Shown: positions 25,842 to 39,814 of the stretch, one piece after another
Numbering within the stretch: the first letter of the stretch is position 1
Layout: every line of letters begins with the position of its first letter
Assembly (NCBI GenBank): GCA_951406725.2
Contig: OX597820.1
Span: 102,734,001 to 102,798,000, forward strand
Direction: 5' to 3'
DNA: 64,000 bases
Source: Octopus vulgaris
Lineage: Eukaryota
Notes under the pieces: model-generated
Told to the model about the DNA's origin: nothing
The model's input: the letters and a program-made list of their open reading frames with translations, nothing else
Databases searched by the model: none
Made by a program: the position numbers and the translations under genes

Positions 25842-26459
25842 ATAAATGTAATTATAGTTAAGAGCAGCATCAGCATACTAGAAATAGATGTCAAATTATT
25901 CCAAAACCATTTGGCGCACTCCTTTAGCATTAGCAGAAAGCGAGGGAATGAGCAAAAAAGATTTACAAATTTTTAGTGGATAAACCAAGATCAAACGATT
26001 TCTGGCATAGAAAATGGTCTGCCTTCGTCGGTAGGAATATACCAAAATAGTACAGAAATGCAAACATATGTATACGTACCCATACAAATACATACAAATA
26101 CATACATATATTCACACGCATATACGAGACCAATCCAATTGTTCATCTCATCATGTGCGTTATCAAAACACTACTGCAGTTTTTAGTGAATATACGTATG
26201 TATCTGTATGGTTACGTATATATATTTTTGCATTTCTGTACTATTTTGGTATATTTCTACCGAAAAGGCAGAGCATTTTACTATGCCAGAAATCGTTCGA
26301 TCTTGGGTTATCCACTAAAAATTTGCTAAATCTTTTTTGTTTATTCCCTCGCTTTCTGCCAGTGCTAATGGAGTGCGCCAAATGGTTTCGGAGTAATTTG
26401 ACATCTATTTCTAGTATATTGATGCTGCTCTCAAGATCCTTAACTATAATTATATTTAT
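25842..26459. mobile_element. Fold-back/MITE-like element with ~250-bp inverted arms
   Basis: 25842-26095 is the diverged reverse complement of 26196-26459, with a ~100-bp spacer. Confidence 0.75.
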
Positions 26460-26679
26460 ATAATTATATATCTGTATAAATCTATATATCTATACGTGTG
26501 TGTGTACATATATATGCCTAAGTAAGTCTTCCCAAAACCATATGAACAGGGCTTAGCTAAGTGGTCCCACATACATTTGTAGAGCTTCTTGGCAAGTCTG
26601 AGATACCCCGCATCTCCCTCCACCATTACGAACCGGCATATGATCTCTTCATAATGATGGAGATAGAAGAGATGTTAAA

Positions 26680-26920
26680 AATTCCAGGGTATAGCCTCTA
26701 ACTTCACATATCACCATTGCTTAGAAACGTATTATCAGAACCAAATTGTTCACTCTCTTAAAAGGAAACGACTTCTTGACTAACTCTCAACGCAGAGAGA
26801 GGCAGCTCTACACTGCTCCGGTAGTACTACGACAGTTGCCAAAACAGGCACTCAACCATTCGGAAGTGGTTGCTGTATCTCTAGACATTTTGAAAGCCAT
26901 CGATACAGTCGAACATCGGA
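26680..26920 (+). pseudogene. APE-type LINE (CR1/Jockey group) RT fragment
   Basis: LFTLLKGNDFLTNSQ...VAVSLDILKAIDTVEH resembles the L..Q.GF and LDFSKAFD.V.H RT motifs. Confidence 0.6.
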
Positions 26921-27949
26921 TGGTGGGTCGTAAACTGCGTCACCAGTTTGGGATGACATGCTGCTATAAATTATATATTTCGTATCTCAGCATGATGTTC
27001 TTCTTTAGTGATTATAACGATTGGCGAAACGCAGGGACATGAACTATCATGTTATCATTATAGAATAATGTGGAAATTTAGCTAACGATTATAATATCAA
27101 TTTAAATAAGTTTCTAATGAACATAAAGAAAGCCATATTAATTTCAAATCTAATATCTCAATGATTACGACGTATCACAAGTTTTTCATTCGGTTATGAG
27201 ACGTAAAACCAATTTACACTATGCTTGTGTAAACTAAAGTACATTTCTGTATAGCTATAAGCTATTGCTTTCGCAGCATATATGCAGGGATATACATACA
27301 CAGATGAGAAATAGTAATTACGAAACGGATAAGATTTGTGTTACTTTAAGGCATTTTGTCAAGAAGTCGAATAACTTAAAGATTCGGTTTACAACAGTAA
27401 AACTGTAACTCTCTTTCTTTCTCCCCCTCTCTCTCTTAAGTGTGCGCACGTGTATCTACATATCTACCAAGTTATCCAGGTATCTCTATTATCTACCCAT
27501 TCAACTATCTATCTATCTATTATTTATCTATCAGTCTAGTCACATATCCCTTTATGTATCTATCCGCGCAAATATATATGTATATATGTGTGTATATGTG
27601 TGTGTATCTGTGTTTGCGCGTGTGTGAGAGAGAGAGAGAGAGAGAGGGAGAGAAAGATAGAGAGAGAGAAAGAGAAAGAGCGAGAAAGAATAAATATATA
27701 CGTAAATCATAGGTCGTGATTGGGTATAAAGGTAAGGTATTTCCAGGGAAGTACTCAACCTGAGTTCTGAGCTACCAGCACTGTAGAATTTCAGTCTAAT
27801 ACCGAAATTCTACAAGTGTAGGAAATCCTGGTTTCACGACGGTTAAACCGTTGTGTAGGTGTGGCGAAGAGTAAACTATAATCCAAATAACAAGAAAAAG
27901 AAATCCTTTAACACATTTTAAACGCTTTATAATTGTTTCTATACTACCT

Positions 27950-28189
27950 CTGCTTGCAACGCCAAATTACGCAAAATTTCGAAGTGGAAATTTGCGTAAT
28001 GTTTGTCGTTTTAGACATTAGAGTGGCATTTCATCAGACTTGTATCAAAGGTGCGCTCTTACATCTATCGCACAATGTAAGAGCGCACCTTAGATGCAAG
28101 CCTGATGAAGTACCACTCTAACGTCTAAAACCACAAACATTACGTAAATTTTCACATCGAAGTTTTGCATAAACTGGCCTTGCTAGTAG
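27950..28189. repeat. Long hairpin with 115-bp arms and a 10-nt loop
   Basis: 27950-28064 against 28075-28189 is ungapped with about 17 mismatches by eye; the innermost 17 bp are perfect. Confidence 0.9.
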
Positions 28190-29488
28190 TGTTGAGACAG
28201 AAATAATTGTAATGAATCATTAAAGATGTGTTGAAGGATTTCTTTGCCTTATTATTTGGATTATATACGTACATATATACGAATGTGTATATTATATAAC
28301 TACATAAAATATTTAGGAATACTACACTCCGAGAAAGACAATGGGATGTCATTTGTGGGACGTCTGGTATCAAATATATTCCAGGTAAGCATGTTATCCA
28401 TTACACAAAAAGGTCACACCATATTGTTCCATCCAGTACAGACTCTAATGTATCACCACAAATCAAATTAGCAGTACATATAATTTCGAAGCTACTTAAA
28501 TATCAATGAATAAACAATCAAGGTGTGTGTGGTGGGGGTCTATTCATTTTCAGCGTCAGCGAAAGGCCTCTTAAGATTTATATATGAAATCTTAGAAATT
28601 AATCTATAACTTTCAATGGATCTATAAACATGTACTCACACACCTTTGTAGTAAGTAATAATTTAAGATATAAATCTTTAACAACGCTAGCCACATACAT
28701 ACAAGATCTCAAGTTGACCAATACACAATATTCTTTATACTGGCCCATCATGGCAGAGGCCCGTCCCTATAGTACAATCACACGAGTATCTAGACTTTGC
28801 ATTAAGGAGTCAAAAGATATTTTCTGTAGTTATAATTTTTTCATTACTGAATAATTTCACTGATGCCATACCTTTTAACTTTTAGGTATTTTAATCAAAC
28901 CAGATAGCTGCACCGTTATACTCTACGATTGACAGTATTCCACATAACATTTATATTCAAACTTTATTAGCCTCCTCTTGGTGTAATTTATTCATTCCCT
29001 TAAAACCCACCATACTTTCAATTTTAACTTCCCATAATTCCTTCTACACTATTCCCTCCTCTTGCTCATAGGCATAACTATATATAAAACTTAGAACTAC
29101 AGTAAGTTTTCTAATACTAAGCGAAATGTGACCCCTTCTAACACTTCCCGATGATGTTGACAGTTATCAAAAATTTTGGATACGAACATTTATTATTTAC
29201 AAGGATTACTGTTCCCGAGAAATGGCCATAGGAGAAATTATTTGATATTTACCTTGAAAAAACAATGTTTAATCTATGAATTACATACACTGGACGTTTT
29301 ATTACATTATACACTTTACCCTGGACACCTTATAATATATTTTTAACACCGTTTGTTAACTTAACGTTTATTAGTAAGTAGGACAATACCTTTTCAAATG
29401 TTTATATATATGTCTCATATATTTTTATAGATTTGCATAATTTGTCGAACATAAGTATATTATATTTTTAATATTTCTGGTATGTCTA

Positions 29489-29542
29489 AGGCGGCGAACT
29501 GGCAGAAACGTTAGCACACCGGGCGAAATGCTTAGCTGTATT
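29489..29542 (+). mobile_element. SINE family B head only
   Basis: ggcggcgaactggcagaaacgttagcacaccgggcgaaatgcttagctgtatt. Confidence 0.75.
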
Positions 29543-29669
29543 CAGTGGCCCAGCAACAAAATTTACTAATGGGGTGCAAACCCAGGTCCTAATTTTTTTA
29601 ATGAAAAATGTGGATTTTTCCAATGTTAACATTAAAACAAATGCAGGTATAATGATAATCTTTATAATT

Positions 29670-30095
29670 ATGAGGATCGGCTGATATCTTCATAAGCTGA
29701 GCAAGACACTCTCAATGGAATGTGACCAAATGAAGTTCATTTTCTAATAGAGTTCCTCTTACTGTCCACACACTTCCATTAGTAGTTGCAGTGCTTGCGT
29801 CGCACTGGTGAAGAAGCTTTTCTGTTCATCAACAACAGATAAGATGTTCTCATCATAGTGATACTGGTGCTCAGCTGAGTGTTTTTCTATGTCGGAAAAC
29901 AGATGATAACCAGAAGGAACCAAATCACTAACATAGGGAGGATGATCAACCAGTTCAAAGCCAGTCACACACATCAGCCATTGAAACCAAGGACTTGTGT
30001 GCTGAAGCATTGTCATAATGAAACAAGACCCCATTCATCAGTTTTTCTGCGTGTTTGGTCTTCATAGCCTTTCATAACTGCCTTAGGAAGTTGGT
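29670..30095 (-). pseudogene. mariner-family transposase 3' fragment
   Basis: LFHYDNASAH (HDNA..H motif) and HPPYVSDLVPSGYHLF (HPPYSPDLAPSDYHLF motif). Confidence 0.85.
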
Positions 30096-30371
30096 ATTGA
30101 AATTTTCGGATCTTTTCCTTTTGAACGGCAGTTTTCAACACAATTTCTAGTTAACTAAACACTTTTAAACTTCGTATACTGGTAGAATGTGTCAAAATAA
30201 AACATTTTTTTCTCTTGGCTTTCTTGGGAAAATTGTAATTTGTAAGTTTAACGTAGTTTAATTTTTCGAATTTAACCACTCGATTGCCTCTATTGAGCTA
30301 AAATCATTTGCTACGTCTAAAACTGAGACAACATCCTGTCATTAACCCTCACCCTAACCCTAACCATAAAT

Positions 30372-30677
30372 TTTAGCCTTTCGTTTTTTTTTTCTTAATT
30401 GTTAAATTAATTTAATTGATACGCGTGTGTCTAAAATTATTCGTTTTGTTTTTGTTTTGAGTTTTTGCTTTCGTTTTAGCCTTTCGTTTTCTTTTTCTTG
30501 ATTGTTAAATTAATTTAAGGATAACAATTAAGAAAAAAAAACGAAAGGCTAAAACGAAAACAATGGAAAATAATTTTAATTTAACAATTAAGAAAAAAAA
30601 ACGAAAGGCTAAAACGAAAGCAAAAACTCAAAACAAAAACAAAACGAATAATTTTAGACGCACGCGTAACAATTAAA
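30372..30677. repeat. Nested direct and inverted AT-rich palindrome next to a short (CCCTAA)n run
   Basis: ~30411-30510 is the reverse complement of ~30578-30677. The ttttagcctttcgtttt..cttaattgtta block occurs twice forward and twice reversed; ccctcaccctaaccctaacc lies at 30346-30365. Confidence 0.8.
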
Positions 30678-31275
30678 ATAATTCTATAATTTTATACACA
30701 CGCTATACACACGCTTTCCGTTTATTCTGTATAAATAGCTGTTTACGTAAACAACATTTGCTCCGTCTAAAACTGTTGTCTCAACAACAACATCACCACC
30801 GCGAACACTAACAAAAGTGCCCAATAAGAAAGAACTTTCGCACTACGTCAGAAATTGACGAGGGACTCCTTCATGCACTACGACATAAATTGTAAAAACA
30901 CGCTAAGCTTTCTAACCATCTTTTTTCACTTTCTCCTTTATTTTATAAAATTCACTATGAGTAAACTTTCAATGGTATATATTTCATATGATCTTCATTG
31001 ACATTTTAAACTTACATTACTGTCTACCTTCTGTGAAACTCAATGAAACTTTTATGAACATTCGTACATTTGATTGTTTAAACATATTTTTGTTCAGAAT
31101 TTCCTCTTGTATATTTAAACTCTGTTAAGCCCCCTATTTATTTATTTTTTTTTAATGTTGCCGAAACCGGTCCGGTATTTGAAAATTTGAAAACTACAGA
31201 TTTTTAGATTCGGGAACATTTTCGAACCCAAAGCAAATTCTTATATGCATATATTCATATATAATAATATAAATA

Positions 31276-31314
<39 letters not shown>

Positions 31315-33752
31315 TATATACATACGTATATGTACATACTTACGTATATACGAATATACATATGCATATGTGGGCACATGACGACAGAACGTAAACAACA
31401 AAAAATACGAAAATATGGAATACGAAATACGAATACATGGAATATAAACTTTTTTTGCGAACAACGTGGGAAATAAATGGAAAACAAGACACGCTACATA
31501 ACGAACGACACCTTCATCAATTGTCGGCTGTTTTTCTAATCCGTATTTCTAGAATTTCACGACAGGATATGCCTTCGATAAATCAGTAGCCCCCGCAAAG
31601 TAAATTAAATAAAATTTGGGATTTTACGCTGAGTCAAAATTGGTAACAAAAACAGGACAGTGAAAACATACAGGGAGGGCTGCTAAGCCTAAAGGAAGTG
31701 AGGTAGCGAACGCAAAGAAGCAAGCTTGGACAGGAGATAGACAAGAATACGTCTGATTCGTCCAGCTGTATCAGGAGGACAGAAACACAAGTTAGCGAAA
31801 GAAAGAAAGATGGCCGATGGTCACGTGGGAGCCAAGAGAGAGCAAATGACACCGGTATATTATTTTAGTTTAACAGTGGCTGACGAGGATGCTGTTCATC
31901 GATATATCTAAATATCGTGCGAGGCAACTTGTATAAAATATTCCATGTTTTCTTCAATGTGGTTTATTTAAATTTACTGTTTAGTTAATTGTCCTAGACA
32001 CATTTTGCGGCATCGTCTACCTGTGGAGTACGCATGTACTCTCATAGGCTAAATTACTCGCTTAGATCAATTAAAACTATGTTAAGTAGATCCATCAACG
32101 TCTAATTACATGTATTCGTGTGCGCGTATACACGTATACATATACTCGTGTGTATGTGTAGGAGAGAGACATACAGTGACTGAGAGAGAATGAGTATGTG
32201 TAACTGTAATAAGCGTATCAATGACCTAAATGGCTACACATTTATTGAACAGTATTGATTTTGTGTGGGTCAACCGATAGAACGGCCATAAAATTTTAAA
32301 TGCTTTATAGATATCAAATATGTCAAGCGATTAGAGATGAATATGTTTGTCTTAGAAAGTTTGATTATGCTATTTCATCTACAACTATCCATTTCGAACA
32401 ATCGATTATTTGAAAAGACAATTGCAGCGTTTGTTGTCTCAGAAGATCGATAAACAACGAGCATTGATCGTTAGTTATCAGTGATTCCCTTAGCTAATGT
32501 TTAGTTTCACTGAGTCAACATTATTTCCAATGTATTAATCGGATATTTTGCTATATGTTTCGATAATTAGCTATGGCAGTGAAGCCTACAAAACATCAAC
32601 TAGCCTTGTCTTATGTGATTTCTTTCAGGTTTCTATTATTTCTTGCTTGTATGCAACAAGCTTATAGAAATACACACATACATGCATACATATGTGTGTG
32701 TTTATATATGCGTGTATATGTATTTAAATATATGTGAATATATATATGTATATATGTATACACACACACACACATGTATATATACATGAATGTATTTAGA
32801 AAAGTACATGTATCAATCAATGTGTGTATACATACATTTATACATACACTCACACACACATGTATATAGATATACTATCAGCCTTTAAACGAAGCACAAT
32901 GTCACATACACACACACACACACATGTACGTATGTATTTATGTATGTATGTATGTATGTATGTATGTATGTATGTATGTATGTATGTATGTATGTATGTA
33001 TTTATGTATATGATTATAGTCGATTAGATTGAAATAAGTGTGTCACTGGTTTAAATTTTATCTACAGCGAATCGAATGGATGTATCTAGTAGAACCAGTA
33101 AATATTTTGTAATTAGAACAGATGCGAGCTAATCAAAATATGAAATATATTAAGGCATTTACTCCTGCGAATTATTTCCTCAGTTACTTACCAGCCTACC
33201 TGACATGGAACCAAAGTTTGGAACTTAGAGATATGTGGTGTTTTGTTGTTCATAACTTACTCATGATCATTTAAGACGAACACTACATAAAATTACCTAT
33301 AGGGAGAAACATATTTCTAATTCTACATTTACTTCTATGGAACTTTCTTGCTGCTTAACTGAGCTCTACAGCATGAAAAAATTAATATTGTCGTCATGTC
33401 CTTGGTTGTATTGCTTTATACAGTCACTAAGCTGCGAGCTAATCCTAACACGTTGTTAAATATGAAACGTGGTGTTGTAATGCGTAGAGAAAAGTCGTAT
33501 TGAGTTACTGACGTAGAACTACTTCAAAGGCCGACTATGTCAAAGGCCGACATATTTAACTTTCATATGAAGCAGTCAACCCACATGTATACATATACAA
33601 ATGCACACACATACACACATAGACGCAACCATACACATATATATGTATATTTGTATGTATAAATGTATGTATATATGTTTATATGCATATATATATATAT
33701 ATGCATATATATATATACGTATAACGAAATGAGCTGAGCGAAATAAGTCACG

Positions 33753-34154
33753 TTTATCTTTTATCGTTTATCTTTTCCTTGTTTTAGTCACTAGACTGTG
33801 GCCATGCTGGGACACCACTTTGAATTTTTAGTCGAATGAATCGACACCAGTGCTTCTTTTTTTGTAGAAGTGGTACTTATTCTGTCGGTCATTTTTGACG
33901 AACCGCTAAGTTACAAGGACACAAACACTGCTTGTCAAGCGGTGGAGATGGAGGACAAACACAGACACAAAGTCACACGCACATAAATATATATATATAC
34001 ATCGAGTTTCTTTCAGTTTCCGTCTGCCAAATCCACTGACAAGACTCTGGTCGGCCTGAGGCTTTAGTAGAAAAAGCTGGCCCAAGGTTTCACACAGTGA
34101 GACTGAACCTAGAACCATGTGGCTAGGAAGCAAGCTTCTTACCACACAGCCATG
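33753..34154 (-). mobile_element. SINE family A, diverged near-full copy
   Basis: Colinear with 42973-43402. Confidence 0.85.
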
Positions 34155-34912
34155 TGTAAATAAGTTAAAAAGGTGGATTTATAGAACTACGTCCGCAAAT
34201 AATCCTTTATAAATTTATATGATCTTTTTTGGTGGAAGAAAAAAGTAATCGACGATTGTTGAAAACTCTCAATGGAAAGGAGAGACAGTTTCAAGAAATG
34301 GACATAATTCATTGACATGTGCAAAGTAATGTCTATTCTTTTTCCTTTTATCAAGAGAACATCTGAAGACAAGTTTCAGTCTTATAGAACCTCATCAGGA
34401 GTGTGTAAGCTTCCTAATAATCCCAATCAACTGACCAAGAACTTTTATATAGGGGAAAATGCTAAGCAATGTTTTAGACAGTACAGTTTACATAATCGAA
34501 AAGTTTATGAGCAAAACAAATGTTTAAAGGGATCAATGATTTTAATCAATTAAGATAATATCGCTAAGTCATTTTGGAAGACAATTTAACTCTCGTCAAT
34601 GCGTGTGATAAACATAAAGGATGCATCTTGCATAGAATTTCTACCACAGCCAGTTTGAAATGTCTGAAGAATCAGAAACTTATAAATCACTACCAAATAC
34701 TATTGACATAGTGCTTCCATCTAGATGTACAGTACCAAGGCTGAAGATAATGAGTTACATGAGATATGAACCTGGTGGACAGGTTGTCCTTAACGAGATC
34801 AATGCCATACGGTGAAGTACATACACGCCCTCTAATCACTATTGAAAGCCTTGGCTCACAAGCTAAGTCAGAAGAAGTTTCTATCGAATTGCCAACTATC
34901 TTTTACCTGTAT

Positions 34913-35340
34913 GGTAGTAGTAGGAGGAGGCATCCGTCGGTCTCAAAAGGTTATAAATCTGCGCCCGAAGAAATCGTGTCAGCTGCTGTTGGTAATGCAG
35001 CGTCTATTGTGGTTGTACAGGCCGACACGGGAGTAGCAGTCACGCATACAGCGACTGCATATTGCTTTTTTTCCTTCTGTGCGTGCGCTTTTCTTTGGTG
35101 GTGAGTTCCTGTTTTTCTTCCATTCGCAGTATTTGTCTTCGGCGTGTGCGATTATTTGCGATCTCTTCCCATCTCAGGAGGTCTAGATCAAGTGAATAGA
35201 AATCTCTCTTACAAAAGATGAGGTCGTCCTCATGCTCTTGTACCGGAAGTCAGTTTCCCGTGTAGGAGGTCTTTTGGGATCCTTCCGACCGGCATGCAAT
35301 GTACATGACCGAACCAGCGCAGACGACGCTATACAAATGT
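34913..35340 (-). pseudogene. RTE-clade LINE 3' end
   Basis: Minus-strand WEEIANNRTRRRQ and CSRCMRDCYSRVGLYNHNRRC (C-terminal zinc finger). The 3' end is gaccgacggatgcct plus a short (CTA)n. Confidence 0.8.
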
Positions 35341-35650
35341 GTATAATCACTGTGAGAAATGATAATACATTGAAAATGATTGTTTGAATTATCACCTTAA
35401 ATTTTAAACACACTGTTCCAGATAGAGTTCAACGCAGCTGATCTAAATGAGCCAGTGTTTAAGTATCTTCAACAGTGGGTATCGTGAATTTGATTACGTA
35501 GCCATAAGATTTTAAACTGGTGTCATAATATAAGTATGTATATGCGCGCGCGTGTGTGTGTGTCCATTAGTGTGTGTCTGTGCGTGTGGACTTATAAGTG
35601 TGTGTGTATATATATATCTATCTATCCATATCTATATCTATCTATCGATA

Positions 35651-35692
<42 letters not shown>

Positions 35693-35974
35693 GGTGAGAG
35701 GTTATATTTCCCTATTTAGACGTAGATGTTCTGTCAGAACAAACTATGCTGTGATAATTTCCATGAGAGAAACTCTACTATTGACTTTTGGTGCAAAATG
35801 CACTCATGTTTATTTCGCTTGCGGGGAGTTTAAGCTCACGCCTCTTCCACCGCCTACGCCACCAGACTGAACGCTCGATCGCTTGAGATAGCAGCAATTC
35901 ATTTCCGCCAGAGTGTTATTTATCAGTATATACTTTAGTAAAGCAAGTCATTAATCAACACATAGATTAATAAA

Positions 35975-36183
35975 GGAGGTGAGCTCGCAGAAGCGTTAGC
36001 ACAACGGACGAAATTCTTAGCTGGTGTGTTTACGTCCCCGTAACTTAGCGGTTCGGCAAAAGAGACCGATAGAATAACTACTAGGCTTCGAAAGAATAAG
36101 TCCTGGGGTTGATTTGATCGACTAAAGGCGGTGCTCCAGCATGACCGCAGTCAAATGACTGAAACAAGTAAAAGAGTAAAAGA

Positions 36184-36186
<3 letters not shown>
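35975..36186 (+). mobile_element. Chimeric SINE: family B head fused to family A 3' part
   Basis: 35975-36020 is a B head (ggtgagctcgcagaagcgttagc). 36021-36186 is an A tail (ctggtgtgtttacgtcccc...gtaaaagag). Confidence 0.75.
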
Positions 36187-36235
<49 letters not shown>

Positions 36236-38790
36236 ATAATAACAATAATCTTTGCATGGAACTTATAAACAATTCCTGCATCGCTACACGCGTTTCCACA
36301 AATCACGTGTCTCTAAAGGTCACAGTCCATATTCTTGGGATGATTTTCAGAGTAGTCTGCAGTATTTGTGGGCATCGGGTTGATCACCTTCATAGATTCA
36401 TCTCTTCAGGCGCTATAACACCTAATAGATGTTTAACAAAGAGTTGTTTATCCCTTTTGACCAGTAAGAAGGTTGGTTGAGTTATGTGGCTATTTCTGTG
36501 TGTATTTGGTGAGGAGGAGGGGAAGGTGATGGAAAGAGAAGAAGGGAATGGGGATGGAGATCTGTGTAGTGATGTTGGAGTTACATACAAACTTATATAA
36601 AGACATACACACACATACATGCATAAATACATACATACATACAAACAAGCAAACAAACATACATACATACATATATGTAGTTAGCTTTAAATAACTAGCT
36701 CTTTGTAATCTTGTAAACCAAACATACATATACATGTATACATATGTTTCTGTATGTGAGTATTTTCTTTGTGGTTGCATTATCACTGTATCGAATAAAT
36801 ATAGCCAGTGGTAGTTAATATTGGAAGGAACGTGCATTAGTTGGAATAAAGCATGCGATAAATAAGATTAACAGACGCTGATGCCTTTAAAATCACCTAA
36901 ATATTTGAAAGTGGTTTTTATGTACGTCCACAGGCCAATGAGGAAATCAGTAAAAGAATAGGAAAATGCTTTCTATACAGAATCTTTGCTTTTTATGTTT
37001 CTACGCATATTTAATCAAATATAATATTAATTTATTTCTGTTGACCTCTGTGAAATTCAGATTTGTAAGATGTCTTATACCGACCATAGTATATAACGAT
37101 TTAATATATTCTGTATATAAGCTAATTTGACGTTATTAAAGCTCTAGATTTTACCCGATTGAAATATGATGCAAAAATGGCTTATTAAATTTTGTCATAA
37201 CTCTATGCGTTATTTTCAACCAAGATGGTCTTCAATTTTCACCTAGATAGAACTTTGATCGATATAATCAAATTACCACACTATCTAAAAGCAATAGTGT
37301 TGATCGATATTCTAATTACCGAATGGTCAAGCAACTGACTAATTGGTACTACTGCGTGGATAAATAAATAGCCGTTGTCTGGTGCTCTATTACGTTTTTC
37401 AAAGCGATATAGTTTCAGGGTGACTTTGTATTTAAAATGGATTTTTTCTGTAAATTTAATGCTGAAATATGCGGTTAAGCTTGAATGAATTAAGTTTTGC
37501 AAGCAAATATATCTTGTCTGTTTTGTAAATCATGAAATATAAAGGAAACCTGTAACATTTCCACAAAATATCATACAGAATTACCATTTCTCTTGACCTT
37601 AAGAAAATTTGGGCGAAAATAACTTTTTGCTTATCTTTCAAGCAAAAATATCTACTTAGACATACTGGAGACATCCTCAAAGTAGGACATTTCTAATTCA
37701 TTAAGGTAACATTGGACAGAAGACAAAAATATTCTTTCTCGATTAAAAGGTTACGATATGAGATGATTCGTTCTATCGAAGAGAAAACTGAAAATGGTAA
37801 ATAATTGTAATTGGTATTTAGTCATTATCTAGACAGTTATTTTCATGGCTTTCACTTATTGCTGCGGATTGCTTGGTGGTATTTTTGCCGATTCGTCATG
37901 CCCTGAGCTCAAATCCCACTGAGGTTAATTTATATTTCTTCCTTCCGAAGTCGATAAAAGAAAATGTCAATCGAACACTAGAATCTGTTTAACGCATTAA
38001 ACACCGCACACGTTTGTGACCTTGAACCTTTATTAGAAATAAAATTTATATATTATCTAGGCAGTTCTATCCGTGATTTCCACTTAGATATTGTATGGCA
38101 CATGCTTAAAAGATGTGATAAACTGGTGTAACAAATGTTTTGTGGTTTTTCGGTCTTCCAACAGACTGAGTTGAAATCACGGCAAAATCAGCTGTTCAAA
38201 CGTCGAGACGCTGTCAATGCAAGAATTAAGAATTATAACAAGTTATTAGAATTAAAAAATAAATTAGTAACCCTTAATTATATTAATGAATTAAATAATG
38301 GTTTGTCGCTTAAGTGTTTGGTCTCGAAGAACGGAATGTCATCATTAATAATAGTTATTTATTTCAACTTCAATTAAAACATTACGCATTTAAAATAAGT
38401 ATATGCTATATATATGAGACAAAAATAATTCCTGCAAAAGTTCTACACACTAAACACAAATACGTTATAATGAATGAAAAATCGCTTAACTGAGGTTATC
38501 TTTGCAAGTGGTAGGAGACCCCGCCCCGCACAAACACACACACACACAAATAAGAAAGGGAGATAATTTAGTAAGACAAATTGGAAATTTTGGTAAAATG
38601 CGGAAACTCGATCCTAAATATCATTAGAGGAACATTTTGGCAACTCCGTGTAGACACTCTCAGTAAAAGGATGCTTTTTCAACACTTTCTGCATTACGAG
38701 ACAAACACACACATATGCAGTATATTGCCTACTTTATTAAATAAATATATTATGTATTACAGGTATTATATATACATAAAATATAATAAA

Positions 38791-38876
<86 letters not shown>

Positions 38877-39212
38877 CTATAGATAAGCAAGTTGTAATAA
38901 TTATATGATTGTTATCTTCTACTAAAGAGATTGATTTCAACATATTACCAGAGTTTCAAACAAATATTAAACATTTATTTGTTATTCATTTGTGTACGTT
39001 TTCATCGAATAATAGTATTCATTTGCATTTGCTCAAGTTGAATTTGCTATATATATGTAAAGTTGGAGACTAATTTGATTATTATTTGAATCATGTTATA
39101 GTGTAAATCATCTAAATCATTGTTAAACAAGAAAATGTTTATTGCCTAGCGTCTTGATATTTCTATAAAATTCTCTTCGTTTAATATTAAGATTTAATTT
39201 CAAGTGTGATTT

Positions 39213-39282
<70 letters not shown>

Positions 39283-39555
39283 TGTTTTTTCTGACGCATT
39301 CAGAAGTGTTATTAATATATACAAGGAAAGTTAAATTGAATTTCTCCTCTAGGAGTATTATTTCTCATTAATGTTGGCAAATATAAATATGGTATTATTT
39401 GAAATGAAACTAAATTTAATTTCTTCTAAATTAGAATTTTAACAGCCGAAGCATAATAATAATAATAATAAAGCAATAATAAAGTCGCAGGAAACAGGAG
39501 GTAGTGTATAAAATACGGTTCGTAAAGTAGGATATGAGTTGTGAGGTCAGGAGAA

Positions 39556-39590
39556 TTCTAACGTTTCAAGTAGTATACTTCTTCGGAGAG
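39556..39590 (-). ncRNA. Degenerate hammerhead-like motif
   Basis: ctct-CCGAAGA-agtatactactt-GAAAC-GTT-agaa; U4C change and weakened stems. Confidence 0.35.
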
Positions 39591-39814
39591 GGAATAAGAA
39601 GCCTGTTTGATGTATGTAAATTTGAAAATTGCGGATGAAAATAGAGTAGTGTTGAAATAACGACATATCAAGCCCGTAGTAAGAGGTTATCAATCAGACT
39701 GATGATTTTCAGAAAAGTTACGAAGCAGTTAGTAGAGACAAAACGGCTGAAGGAAAATATATGCAAGCAAGGTGATTTGGTATTTCAAATCACTGAAATA
39801 ATAAACGAATGATT

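Noticed and set aside
30346-30365. Interstitial telomere or chromosome fusion site
   Set aside because: Only about three units in one orientation, embedded in another repeat.
31160-31180. ccGAAACCGGTC, the 3' half of a minimal hammerhead
   Set aside because: No CUGANGA core or stem II lies upstream; at most a truncated remnant.
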